This document shows, in pieces, positions 10,318 to 19,798 of a stretch of 64,000 nt of DNA. Under the pieces are notes generated by a model. The model searched no databases. It saw only the letters and a list, made by a program, of their open reading frames with translations, and was not told where the DNA came from. The translations under genes were made by a program, and so were the position numbers. This DNA is from Theionarchaea archaeon. GTDB taxonomy: Archaea; Methanobacteriota_B; Thermococci; Methanofastidiosales; SZ-28-30. Numbering within the stretch: the stretch's first letter is position 1; the number at the start of each line of letters is the position of its first letter. The stretch covers positions 32,001 through 96,000 of the forward strand of contig JACVGT010000018.1 in the NCBI GenBank assembly GCA_018992685.1. The letters are read 5' to 3'.

Positions 10318-11400
10318 CTAGAGTTCTTGCTGGATGATCTCTCTGAATGCTTTGACAAACACCACGTTATCGTGGTGATTCCCTACTGTTATCCTCAGCC
10401 ACCCGCCACATAATGGCCCCGCCAGCTGTTTTACCAGAATGTTCCTCTGAAGAAGTCCTTGGTACACGTCATTGCATCGTTCGTTCAGATTGACAGATAT
10501 AAAGTTTGTATGAGTCATATGTACATCAATCCCCATTGATTCTAGCTCTCTATACAGAAATTCCTTCTCTTCTTTCACATCCTGGATTATGGTCTGAGAA
10601 TATTCTATGTCATCAAGAGCTGCCAGTCCCGCAATGACAGCCAGGGAGCTCACAGAAAATGGCAGTCTCACCTTGGATAGTTGTTCAAGGTTTCGAGGCT
10701 GCGAGACCACATACCCCAACCGCAGTCCAGCCAGCCCGAATGCTTTTGAAAATGACCTGGTTATAATCAGGTTAGAATACTCATTCACTAATGGTACACT
10801 GGTAGTCTCTGCGAAGTCTGCATATACCTCATCAATCAACACAATGCTTTCCGGGGAAGCTTCCAATATTCTCAGGACCTCCCTCTCTTTGAGCAGTGTC
10901 CCTGTGGGGCTATCTGGGTTTACCAGAACTACGAGAGAAGCCCCCGATGCGATACAGTCCAGAAACTTGTCCAGTGGGAAAGAGAGGTCTTCACTGTATG
11001 GTATTTCATTAACTGATGCTTCCCGCAGTTGAGCCAGGATCTTCATCATTCCAAAAGTTGGAGAAGCCATGACCACTGTGTCCCCGCGATCCACATAGGC
11101 ATCCATGACACAGCGTATTCCTTCTTCAGCGCCATTGGTCAGGAAAACGAAATCAGGATTGATATGGTGATATTCAGCAATCTTGCAGGACAATATGTCA
11201 TAGTCCGGATAGCGGGAGACGTCACTCATCTCAAGTGAATGCAGGGCCTTCAAGACAAGGGGCGAACACCCCTTTGAACTTTCATTGAAATCCAGCAAAA
11301 CCTTGTTAGCTCTCGGTTCAGTTGAGATCTTGAATCGACTAACCTGTTCCACCCCTCTTCTCGGTTTCACGTGACCACTTTCTCTGCTCTCGGCATGCAC
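10318..11400 (-). CDS. hisC: Histidinol-phosphate aminotransferase family (class I/II PLP enzyme)
   Basis: LDFNES, RYPD, TNGAEEGI, NPDSPTG, IDEVY, RSFSKAFGLAGLRLGY, LRITVG. Start moved to GTG 11400, after a GAGGTGA RBS. It could instead be CobD-like. Confidence 0.75.
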   Translation of the reverse strand: MHAESRESGHVKPRRGVEQVSRFKISTEPRANKVLLDFNESSKGCSPLVLKALHSLEMSDVSRYPDYDILSCKIAEYHHINPDFVFLTNGAEEGIRCVMDAYVDRGDTVVMASPTFGMMKILAQLREASVNEIPYSEDLSFPLDKFLDCIASGASLVVLVNPDSPTGTLLKEREVLRILEASPESIVLIDEVYADFAETTSVPLVNEYSNLIITRSFSKAFGLAGLRLGYVVSQPRNLEQLSKVRLPFSVSSLAVIAGLAALDDIEYSQTIIQDVKEEKEFLYRELESMGIDVHMTHTNFISVNLNERCNDVYQGLLQRNILVKQLAGPLCGGWLRITVGNHHDNVVFVKAFREIIQQEL

Positions 11401-11622
11401 TATGGATTTCACCTCTGGGACTCCACCTGCAGCCTTTATCAATCCAGTCTTCGAAATGAAATGTCCTCGGTAATTCCGACCAGACAAAAATCAACGTGGA
11501 CCATCAGTTCCTGAGATGCACGTGGAGGCTGCTTTTTTTTCAGATGCTATTATGTCTTATCATTTTTCGCTAACAAGGTATATAAATGTTGTGAACGGTA
11601 TCTAGGTGAGAATCGGTCCAGC

Positions 11623-12222
11623 GTGAGACATATGAACGACATGATAGAAAGTCCAGACACCAAGAAAAAGAATAGAATTCCTCCCGGACAGAGAGTGACG
11701 GAGAAATGGCCTGTCCTTCAATACGGAAGTGTCTGCCACATAGACCCTGAAAAGTGGAGATTCACCTTGTCTGGACTCGTGGAGAAAGAGAGAACCCTCG
11801 GGATTGAGGAATTCATGTCCCTGCCCAGAGTAACAGTCTATTCAGACATTCACTGTGTCACAGGGTGGTCAAAGTTGGACAATGTGTGGGAAGGAGTAAG
11901 CACCAGTATCATCAAAAATCTGGTGACCATCTCCCCCGAGGCTCAGTATGTGATGGTCCATGCAGAGAACCGGTTCACTACCAATCTGACGCTATCTGAT
12001 TTCTTCGCAGAAGATGTGCTTTTCGCAATTAAGCACAATGGGAAGGAACTGACCCCTGACCACGGATATCCTGTGCGATTGGTGGTCCCCAGGTTGTATT
12101 TCTGGAAGAGCGCCAAATGGGTTACCGGTGTGGAGTTCATGGCAGAGGATAAGAGAGGATTCTGGGAATCTCATGGATATCACAACAGGGGTGATCCTTG
12201 GATGGAAGAGCGCTACAGCTAG
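11623..12222 (+). CDS. Sulfite oxidase-like molybdopterin oxidoreductase (YuiH-like)
   Basis: RIPPGQ, DIHCVTGWS, HGYPVRLVVPRLYFWKSAKW, GFWE.GYH.GDPW. Confidence 0.9.
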   Translation: MRHMNDMIESPDTKKKNRIPPGQRVTEKWPVLQYGSVCHIDPEKWRFTLSGLVEKERTLGIEEFMSLPRVTVYSDIHCVTGWSKLDNVWEGVSTSIIKNLVTISPEAQYVMVHAENRFTTNLTLSDFFAEDVLFAIKHNGKELTPDHGYPVRLVVPRLYFWKSAKWVTGVEFMAEDKRGFWESHGYHNRGDPWMEERYS

Positions 12223-12315
12223 GAGTGAAAGGTCGCATCTGAGAGGATCCTTCAGCGGAGGAGACAAGGATGGGCTGTCTATCATCCCCTCACATAGGGG
12301 AAAGGAGGAGAGAAG

Positions 12316-12936
12316 ATGAAACTAGAAAAGAAATATGATAATAACACTTTCGAGGCAAAGAAAGAGACCTCTGAACCTTTCACGATACCTACAAGAGGAA
12401 GGATCGGGAGACTGGCATCGAATATTGAGAAGATGGTTTCAAGAGATGTTGCTATCGCAGTGATGCAGGATGTCAATGAATTCCAGTCAGCGCCAACCAA
12501 TGCAGCGAAAGCATCCTGGCTGAAAAAAGCCATGGAAACTCTCGAAACTCTGGCAGGGAGAGAAACTACCATAAAGATCATGGAAGAGTGCGGAAGAAAA
12601 TGCTGTAGCAAGACATTAACGACACGTGCAAAGCAGATATTCAGCGAATCAGAATCTATTGAAGAATTCATTGAAACCATGAATAGGGCCCACCTGGGCG
12701 GAGGTCGACTCAGACTCCAGGGAGATACCATTACTGGGGGGTATAATCGCTGCTATTGCGGGCAGGTCAAGGAGACCAAGGATACCTTTCCCCTGACATA
12801 CTGTCACTGTTCTGTAGGATGGTATAAACAGCTCTTCGAGTCAGCCCTGGGCAGACCAGTGGATGTGGAACTGGTACAATCAATTGTGGCAGGCGCGAGA
12901 ACCTGTGAGTTTGTTATACATGTCGAGGAACAGTGA
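12316..12936 (+). CDS. Cys-rich conserved protein (DUF6144-like, V4R-related C-terminus)
   Basis: ECGRKCC, CYC, TYCHCSVGW, LGRPVDVELVQSI..GA..CEF. Confidence 0.65.
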   Translation: MKLEKKYDNNTFEAKKETSEPFTIPTRGRIGRLASNIEKMVSRDVAIAVMQDVNEFQSAPTNAAKASWLKKAMETLETLAGRETTIKIMEECGRKCCSKTLTTRAKQIFSESESIEEFIETMNRAHLGGGRLRLQGDTITGGYNRCYCGQVKETKDTFPLTYCHCSVGWYKQLFESALGRPVDVELVQSIVAGARTCEFVIHVEEQ

Positions 12937-12966
12937 TAGGTGAAAGAATCAGATGTAGTTAGGTGA

Positions 12967-13530
12967 CTATTTCATCCCTAATTTTTCGTTTTTCTCCAAG
13001 ATAGTTATAAGTTCTTTAAGTCTTCTTTTCTGGGTCTCCTCCCTTTTTGCAGAGGCTACCCAGCCAAGGTACTGTCGCTTGTATCCTGGAGCAAGTGCGA
13101 CAAAGTTGTTCCAGGCCGTAGGATTGGTTTTCAAGGTTTCCTCAATGTAAGGAGGGACGAGAAATTCTTTCTCGGGTTCTGATCTGCCTTCGAGAATCGA
13201 TTCGTCGATTTTCTGCAATCCCGCATCTGTCATTTTTCCCTGGTCGATCATCTTTCTTATTCTGGTGATATTCGAAGGGGACCACTTGCTTGCATCCCGA
13301 CGTGGAGTAAATTTTCTGGCGAATTTCTCATCATCAATGCTCTTTATCGTGCTATCTATCCATCCAAAACATATAGCCTCTTCAACTGCATCGTTATAAG
13401 GGATCGTGGGTTTTCCAGTACGTTTCTTGTAAAAGAGTAGCCAGATTTCATTCTGTCTATTGTGATTTTCCTCCAGCCACGTTCGCCACTGGCTCCGGTT
13501 ACTTACATACAGAAATCCTGTTACTTCCAT
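12967..13530 (-). CDS. YdeI/OmpD-associated family protein
   Basis: WRTWLEENH, AVEEAICFGWIDS, FTPRR..SKWS..N, AKREETQKRR. Start ATG 13530 chosen from an upstream TATA. Confidence 0.9.
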   Translation of the reverse strand: MEVTGFLYVSNRSQWRTWLEENHNRQNEIWLLFYKKRTGKPTIPYNDAVEEAICFGWIDSTIKSIDDEKFARKFTPRRDASKWSPSNITRIRKMIDQGKMTDAGLQKIDESILEGRSEPEKEFLVPPYIEETLKTNPTAWNNFVALAPGYKRQYLGWVASAKREETQKRRLKELITILEKNEKLGMK

Positions 13531-13617
13531 GACATTCCAGCCATTCAAGGTACTATAAAGATTTCGCACCTCCTGTTTTTCCAGGGTGTCTCACTCTCCT
13601 CTGAGAAGAGTTTTTCA

Positions 13618-14319
13618 TTACCACTTCGTGCTTATTATTACTCCCAGGTTTGTATGGTCAATGTCTGTGGCATGCAGCCTAATGCGATCTGAGATTACGT
13701 CAGTCTCGACTCTGAATCTGAACTTCGTGCGTTGACACTTGAGGAGCGGGCTGCTCTCAGTAATGAATTTGACTCCATTATCCACCTTCTCAAAGCGCCA
13801 CCCCCGTGGTGCCTCTCGGCCTTCAACGCTTTTCCAAGAGGGTGTCTGCACCTTAGGGAAGATCTCTATGTCATAGATCACAGCGGAGTAAGGTTCATTC
13901 TCGACATGAATATAAAGGTCGATCACGTTATCATCAGTGACAATAAACGATGAGCGGATCCCTGTAAGGATTTCCTTTGCCCCTTCTTCTGGTCTTTCTT
14001 CCTCCTCTTCTGGTTCTTCTTCCTCCTCTTCTGGCTCTTCAGGTTCTCCCGGTTTCTCTGGTCCTTTTTTCTTCTTCTCCTTCTTCTCCTTTTTCTCCTT
14101 CTTCTCCTTCTTCTCCTTTTTCTCTTTTTTCTCTTTTTTCTCTTTTTTCTCCTTCTTAGGATGTCCTGGGTGTTCTGGATGTCCTGGGTGTTCTGGATGT
14201 CCTGGGTGTTCTGGATGTCCTGGTTTTTCCGACTCACTCCCGCCTATTCTCTGGGCCAGACTTCTCAAGAATGCCAACACTGAATTCTCATTTTCTGTAA
14301 TACTATCACCTCCTCTCAC
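13618..14319 (-). CDS. Hypothetical protein with HPE/HPG, KKE and poly-E tracts and a globular C-terminal domain
   Basis: 233-codon ORF whose repeats all keep the reading frame; GGAGGTGA RBS near the 5' end. Confidence 0.7.
   Translation of the reverse strand: MRGGDSITENENSVLAFLRSLAQRIGGSESEKPGHPEHPGHPEHPGHPEHPGHPKKEKKEKKEKKEKKEKKEKKEKKEKKEKKKKGPEKPGEPEEPEEEEEEPEEEEERPEEGAKEILTGIRSSFIVTDDNVIDLYIHVENEPYSAVIYDIEIFPKVQTPSWKSVEGREAPRGWRFEKVDNGVKFITESSPLLKCQRTKFRFRVETDVISDRIRLHATDIDHTNLGVIISTKW
14065..14157 (-). repeat. 9-bp imperfect tandem repeat encoding (KKE)9KKKK
   Basis: TTCTTCTCC / TTTTTCTCT-type units on the + strand. Confidence 0.9.
14159..14223 (-). repeat. 18-bp perfect tandem repeat, about 3.6 copies, encoding HPEHPG
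   Basis: GGATGTCCTGGGTGTTCT at 14159, 14177 and 14195, plus a partial copy at 14213. Confidence 0.95.
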
Positions 14320-14650
14320 GCTACTCCCTCAATACGTATGGATGCAACCTTTTTACATCTCACGATGGCTAACAATTGAAAAGCTCTGCTGTTTCAACAG
14401 GCTTTGCATCCCATCCAATTAATATGGTTTTAAGATATAAAAATCTTTCTTTTTGAAACGCTTGAGGCTCACACGTACCAGACTCCAGAATAGGAAAGAA
14501 TACTGCAGATGTAATTTATTCTGGATCTGAATGGGTGCTGCAGGAAGTCATCACGAGATTGAGACAGAATATTGATTTAACAGGAGATTTCTTTGCCCCA
14601 CCAAAAATAGAATCTAAATAAAAACAGCTTTTTGGACGCATTCAACCATG

Positions 14651-15685
14651 TCATTCATCCATGGATTTCTGATAAGTAGCCCTTCTTCTTACGGGACTGA
14701 ACCCCATGCGTTCATACAGACGCAGTGCTCCGCTGGGATTGTCTGCATCCACTCCCAGCACTGCCTCAATCATCCCTTCTTCTTTGAGCCGGCTGAGACT
14801 GCGGGCAATCAATGCTTTTGCCAGTCCTTTTCCTCTGTAAGGTTGCGCTACTGTTACGAACTCTACATGCCCCCTTCTGTGGTGGTATTCTTTGTTTTCT
14901 GCTTCATCAATGAAGTTCAGGATTGCGCCGGCCACCTTATTCTCAGCATCCCACGCCACCACCCAGAGGGCGGGATTAAAGGTGGAATCTCCCATCCATT
15001 CCTCGAACATCTCATCACGAAACCGTGAACCCTGCCACAGTTCTCTCAGAGACTGGCATGTGGCTCTCCAGATAGCCCAGTACTGGTCAGGACGAGCAGG
15101 GCAAACCTCAATTCCCTCGGGGAGAGGTGCATCAGGAATTGGCTCTGAAAGAGAACGTGCCATCCGGACCGAAAACCTCACAGGGGCATAGTTCTCGCTC
15201 TCAAGAAGTGATACCCAGTGGGTTTCAGTCTCTTGTGTCCATGCCTGAAAGAAATGAGGCTTTTCTATCAAGTGAGTCAATCTGATCTCCCGGCCTCTCT
15301 GTTCATTGTAGTGCACCATAGCTCTGCGAATCCCTTTTCCCCGCCATTCTGGCAGTAGATATGCAGCATGAGGGTAAACGCACACGTCCTCCAGATCTTC
15401 CCTCCAGACTTCCGTATATCCGATGACATCTCCATCCATCTCTACAAAGAGCATGTCAGTGTATGGATCAAAGTTGTAGAGATGGTTGAATCCGTTAGCA
15501 ATGTCCTCCACAGAGATAGAGAATTCAAGCCGGTCTTCATGCTTGCTTCCATTAAGAACGTTGACCATTGCCTTGTAGTCTTCTTTGCCCGTGAAGTGCC
15601 TGAAAGCCAACCCTGGGACAGGGGGTGCATCAGGTACTGTCATGTAGGGATCTGTTTCCATGGTAATTTTGCATTTCGGAACCAT
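14651..15685 (-). CDS. Tandem GNAT acetyltransferase
   Basis: Two acetyl-CoA motifs (PEWRGKGI, PYRGKGLA); LGVDADNPSGALRLYERMGF. Confidence 0.9.
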   Translation of the reverse strand: MVPKCKITMETDPYMTVPDAPPVPGLAFRHFTGKEDYKAMVNVLNGSKHEDRLEFSISVEDIANGFNHLYNFDPYTDMLFVEMDGDVIGYTEVWREDLEDVCVYPHAAYLLPEWRGKGIRRAMVHYNEQRGREIRLTHLIEKPHFFQAWTQETETHWVSLLESENYAPVRFSVRMARSLSEPIPDAPLPEGIEVCPARPDQYWAIWRATCQSLRELWQGSRFRDEMFEEWMGDSTFNPALWVVAWDAENKVAGAILNFIDEAENKEYHHRRGHVEFVTVAQPYRGKGLAKALIARSLSRLKEEGMIEAVLGVDADNPSGALRLYERMGFSPVRRRATYQKSMDE

Positions 15686-15844
15686 ATATGGTTTATTGCT
15701 CAGTCCCGAAATGAGTCGTAACTGCAGAAGTTACTGATCGCTATTGCCAGAGCTGATAGCGTCATCAAATCACCCATGGCATCACCATGGCCTTTGTGAG
15801 GTTAGTTTTTATGGGAAAGGGGTTCAACCACTGAGAGGCTAACA

Positions 15845-16267
15845 ATGAATAATGCAACATTTGTGATCAGGGAGTTCCGTCCCCCGGATCAGGAAGATGT
15901 CATCAAATTGTGGGACAAATGCAGGTTGACTGTTCCCCAGAATGACCCCAGGACAGACATTGAAAAGAAAGTCCAGTTCCAGCCCCAGTGGTTCTTTGTT
16001 GGGATTCTTGATGGTAGACTCATATCCAGTATGATGGTGGGGTACGAAGGGCACAGAGGGTGGATCAACTATTTGGCTGTTCTCCCTGATTTTCAGAGGA
16101 GGGGATTCGGCAGGAAAATGATGGAGAAGGCAGAATTCGTTTTGAGAGAGGTGGGGTGTCCCAAGATTAACCTCCAAGTACGAAAGAGTAATACATCAGT
16201 GATTCAGTTTTATGAGGCGTGTGGGTATTCAGAGGATGCTGTGACCAGCCTGGGGAAGAGGTTATAA
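15845..16267 (+). CDS. GNAT acetyltransferase, YpeA-like
   Basis: MVGYEGHRGWINYLAV, GCPKINLQVR, FYEACGY. Confidence 0.9.
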   Translation: MNNATFVIREFRPPDQEDVIKLWDKCRLTVPQNDPRTDIEKKVQFQPQWFFVGILDGRLISSMMVGYEGHRGWINYLAVLPDFQRRGFGRKMMEKAEFVLREVGCPKINLQVRKSNTSVIQFYEACGYSEDAVTSLGKRL

Positions 16268-16301
16268 TAAATGTCAGGGGGCTGGCAGGAGAAGAGGTTA
16301 T

Positions 16302-18026
16302 ATGAAATCTGCTCAAGATCTTGGTAGAGAGCTCCAGAGAATCGCCGGAAGAGGATACAAAGCATACAGGAGCATACAGGGTGTATATGACTTTGCAAGG
16401 TATGTCCTCTTGATAGATTATGTCCAGGGAGATCCTTTTGCGTCTCCAAGTAGAATCAGGGTGCGAATCCCTCAACATGTGGCTCAATTTCCTGATAATA
16501 CATTCAACACAAAAAGCAGAGAAGTGGCCCTACGGGACTATGTAACCCGAGCATTTTATTCTGCTTCCAAGAAATTCTGTAGAGGGAGGCGTGGAACGGG
16601 CAAGAGTGGAATCATATCCATTGACCGGCCTGGCCAGGAAGTGCTGGAGAGAACCTCAGCATTCATCACGCCTGACTATGTGGAGATACGGTTTGTCATG
16701 GGTCTGCCTGCATTCGGCAGGAGAATTGCAGGAACCCATTGCCACGCCATGTTCTTTGAAGAACTTCCCAGAATAGTGGAATCCGTGCAGTTTGGTGCTC
16801 TGGATAGGGAAAGGCTGTATGAACATCTTTCCACTGTTGAGGATGCAGATTTTCTCAGGGACACGCTTTCTTGCATGGGGCTGGTGGGTTTTGTGGCTGA
16901 TGGTTCTGTTCTTCCTCGGGTCAGTGGTGTGGATCCACGACCTTTGACAGAGAAGGTGGTTCCTTTCAGGTCTCCGGATTCTCTGAGGAGAGAGGTTGAT
17001 CTACCGAACAAGGGTATAATTACAGGGATGGGGGTCCCTGAAGGGGTGACCTTGGTTGTGGGAGGAGGGTACCATGGGAAGTCCACACTCCTGAATGCCA
17101 TAGAGCTGGGTGTGTATGACCACATTCCAGGGGACGGGAGAGAGTTTGTGGTTTCCAATTTTGATACTGTCAAGATACGGGCCGAGGACGGGAGACGCAT
17201 TGAAAAAGTAGATATTTCCCCATTTATTGGTGATTTGCCTTTTGGACAGAGTACGAAATGTTTTTCAACAGAAAATGCATCTGGAAGTACGTCCCAAGCA
17301 GCCAATATCATGGAAGCACTGGAAGTGGGCGCCGAGGTTCTGATAATTGATGAGGATACGTCAGCCACCAATTTCATGATACGGGATCATAGAATGCAGG
17401 AACTGGTGTCGAAAGACAAAGAACCAATTACTCCCTTTATCGACAAGGTGGGGCAGTTACATGAGGACTATGGTGTATCGACCGTTTTGGTGATTGGTGG
17501 ATCGGGGGACTATTTTGATGTGGCAGACACAGTGATATGCATGGTTGAGTACGTGCCACAGGATGTGACGGACAAGGCACATGAGATTGCGGAGAGGTTT
17601 GAGGCTGAACGGATATCAGAGGGTGGCCAGAGATTCGGGGACATAACGGAGAGAATTCCCGTTAAGGAGAGTTTTGATGCCAGCAAAGGGAAAAGACAGG
17701 TGAAGATTTCTGCCAGAGGTATTGATACTATATTGTTCGGGATTCATGAGATTGATCTGCAAGATGTGGAGCAGTTGGTGGATGTGAGTCAGACGAGAGC
17801 AATTGGTGATGCGATCTACTATGCTACCCGGTATATGGACGGGGAGAGGACACTGAGAGATACTGTGGATGTTGTTTGCGAAGACGTACGAAAGAATCTT
17901 GATATTCTAAGTCCTGTAGCAGTGGGAAATTATGCAGCATTTAGAAGATTCGAACTTGTGGCTGCCATAAACAGATTGAGGACATTAAGAACGGCTCAGT
18001 CACGATGCAACGAAAGAAAATCTTGA
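16302..18026 (+). CDS. ABC-class ATPase domain protein (COG3044-like)
   Basis: VQGDPFASPS, GGGYHGKST, IRAEDGR, ASGSTSQAANI, DEDTSATNFMIRD. Confidence 0.9.
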   Translation: MKSAQDLGRELQRIAGRGYKAYRSIQGVYDFARYVLLIDYVQGDPFASPSRIRVRIPQHVAQFPDNTFNTKSREVALRDYVTRAFYSASKKFCRGRRGTGKSGIISIDRPGQEVLERTSAFITPDYVEIRFVMGLPAFGRRIAGTHCHAMFFEELPRIVESVQFGALDRERLYEHLSTVEDADFLRDTLSCMGLVGFVADGSVLPRVSGVDPRPLTEKVVPFRSPDSLRREVDLPNKGIITGMGVPEGVTLVVGGGYHGKSTLLNAIELGVYDHIPGDGREFVVSNFDTVKIRAEDGRRIEKVDISPFIGDLPFGQSTKCFSTENASGSTSQAANIMEALEVGAEVLIIDEDTSATNFMIRDHRMQELVSKDKEPITPFIDKVGQLHEDYGVSTVLVIGGSGDYFDVADTVICMVEYVPQDVTDKAHEIAERFEAERISEGGQRFGDITERIPVKESFDASKGKRQVKISARGIDTILFGIHEIDLQDVEQLVDVSQTRAIGDAIYYATRYMDGERTLRDTVDVVCEDVRKNLDILSPVAVGNYAAFRRFELVAAINRLRTLRTAQSRCNERKS

Positions 18027-18080
18027 GGTCATGAACAGGTTGTGGATGAACTGACTCTGAACAATGTTCTTGATCAGAGT

Positions 18081-18641
18081 CTACCCTTCTCTTGGTTTAC
18101 AAATGACCTCCAGAACCCTCGTGTCAAAGAAGTTTTGCGAATGTGAAGGCATCATAACAACTGCCGTATCAGCCCCCCGTCCTGTCCCTCCAATTACTAC
18201 AACCTCTTCTCCCGCAGGTGTCAACCCAGAATCCAATGCCATGACAGCAATCTCCACACACACCTTCATCCCCTGAGAAAACATTCGCAATGTATCAGCA
18301 ACTATATCGGAAAACGTCCCCGTACCATACCTGTTTCTCACTCCTCTATTCAATCCTGCCAGCAGGTGCGTGGTAGTAAGAATTTTTGCTCCCTTCTTCA
18401 TCAGTTCATCTCTGTCTGCTTCAAACTCATCTCCTCCTTCCTTTTTGAACCCCATAGAATGAGTCACACACACCACATAAACATCAGGATTCAACTCCAT
18501 GACCCTCTCAATCGTATAACCCGTGGTAGATGCAACTACCACATACCTAATATCCAACTCTTCAGCTCTCTTCAGAGCCAGGTCAATACATTTCTCAGTA
18601 TTGTCTCTTCCTATCTGGTCAAAATATTCTGCACTCATCAT
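18081..18641 (-). CDS. Pyruvate kinase C-terminal-like domain protein (COG1751-like)
   Basis: VVASTTG, GMKVCVEIAVMALDSG, GGTGRGADTA, EVICKP. Confidence 0.85.
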   Translation of the reverse strand: MMSAEYFDQIGRDNTEKCIDLALKRAEELDIRYVVVASTTGYTIERVMELNPDVYVVCVTHSMGFKKEGGDEFEADRDELMKKGAKILTTTHLLAGLNRGVRNRYGTGTFSDIVADTLRMFSQGMKVCVEIAVMALDSGLTPAGEEVVVIGGTGRGADTAVVMMPSHSQNFFDTRVLEVICKPREG

Positions 18642-19219
18642 ATCACTTCCTTTTGACCTTTTTTGCCGTGCCTTCCCCTCTTCCCTCTCAAATAAAAACC
18701 TTTGTCCACTACATTTTTCAACATATCACCATCAAACCTCCCCAGCCCCAGAACTTCTCCACGTTCATTTACAACCACCCGAATGCCTTCTTCTCTCCCT
18801 TTCACGATATTCCCTGCAAAGACATCTCTCCCATAGCTGAACAACTTCTCCCCCTCCTCAGAAATAGCAGTCTTCGCATTCGTGACTCCAGAAAGCAGGC
18901 CAGCCAGTTCAACGGAGGGCTCAAATTCCTCATTCACAGTCCCTATCTCTACACCCAGACAATACGGTGTGACTCCTATCTTCCGTGCTGTCTTAAGAAC
19001 ATCTCCACTCACAAGATACATCCTCTTCCCTATAGCCACCAAAACTCCATCCAACGCCTTACAATCTACCTGTAGCTGCATCAAGTAACTTTCGAGAATA
19101 ATCCGTTCCTCACTGCTCACAATCCTCATTTTCCTCCCTGTTCTCCTCTTCATTCTGTCCCTTCCTTTTCCTTTCCCTTTCCTGTTCCTGTTCCACTGTC
19201 CGCTGTCCTGTCTCCTCAC
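18638..19219 (-). CDS. NIP7-like PUA-domain ribosome biogenesis protein
   Basis: EKLFSYGRDVF, VVVNERGEVLGLG, DKGFYLR. Start uncertain. Confidence 0.75.
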   Translation of the reverse strand: MRRQDSGQWNRNRKGKGKGRDRMKRRTGRKMRIVSSEERIILESYLMQLQVDCKALDGVLVAIGKRMYLVSGDVLKTARKIGVTPYCLGVEIGTVNEEFEPSVELAGLLSGVTNAKTAISEEGEKLFSYGRDVFAGNIVKGREEGIRVVVNERGEVLGLGRFDGDMLKNVVDKGFYLRGKRGRHGKKGQKEVI

Positions 19220-19222
19220 TAT

Positions 19223-19798
19223 TCAATCACTCTCCTTCTCTTCTGGTTCCTCCTCCTCATAATCTATATACCACCCAATCAGAGCCTCCAGATCAGTTGC
19301 GAACACCTCATTTCGTAATACCAGTGCATCCCTCCTGATTTCCTCAAGATCAACAAGTTTCCCCCTGCCAACTCCCTTGCATGAAACATCTACGTACACA
19401 AAGGCGCTACTCCCATCATCCAGCTCTATGTTCTTCCCTTCTTCCTTCGTTAAAGGATAATCTGAAACACAGATGGGATACAGACGACAGACCAGTGGTT
19501 TGTCCTCCTGGATAGTACACATCCCATCTCTCAGAAAGACACAGCCTGAATCCCATTCTCTCCTATCCAGAACTAACTTCCTCTCCCCAAATATCACCAC
19601 AAAATCCTTTGGATCTCTGTATCTGGAAATTCTCTTTATGTCCTCGCAAGTCAAGGGAATACTCCTGGAACAGCAGCACTCACCACACATGACACATTCA
19701 AACCGGTGATCCTCAAAGGGGGACAGTACCTCTTTCATTGTCACGCGTAGCTCCTCACACTTAAACACTTTTTCACTGTCAGTCAGAATGTCAGTCAC
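19223..19798 (-). CDS. YkgJ family cysteine cluster protein
   Basis: FECVMCGECC, CVFL, CTI...KPLVCRLYP, CKGVG. Confidence 0.9.
   Translation of the reverse strand: MTDILTDSEKVFKCEELRVTMKEVLSPFEDHRFECVMCGECCCSRSIPLTCEDIKRISRYRDPKDFVVIFGERKLVLDRREWDSGCVFLRDGMCTIQEDKPLVCRLYPICVSDYPLTKEEGKNIELDDGSSAFVYVDVSCKGVGRGKLVDLEEIRRDALVLRNEVFATDLEALIGWYIDYEEEEPEEKESD

Noticed and set aside
14065-14223. Tandem repeats as a CRISPR array
   Set aside because: The units are contiguous with no spacers, are in-frame coding sequence, and no cas genes are present.
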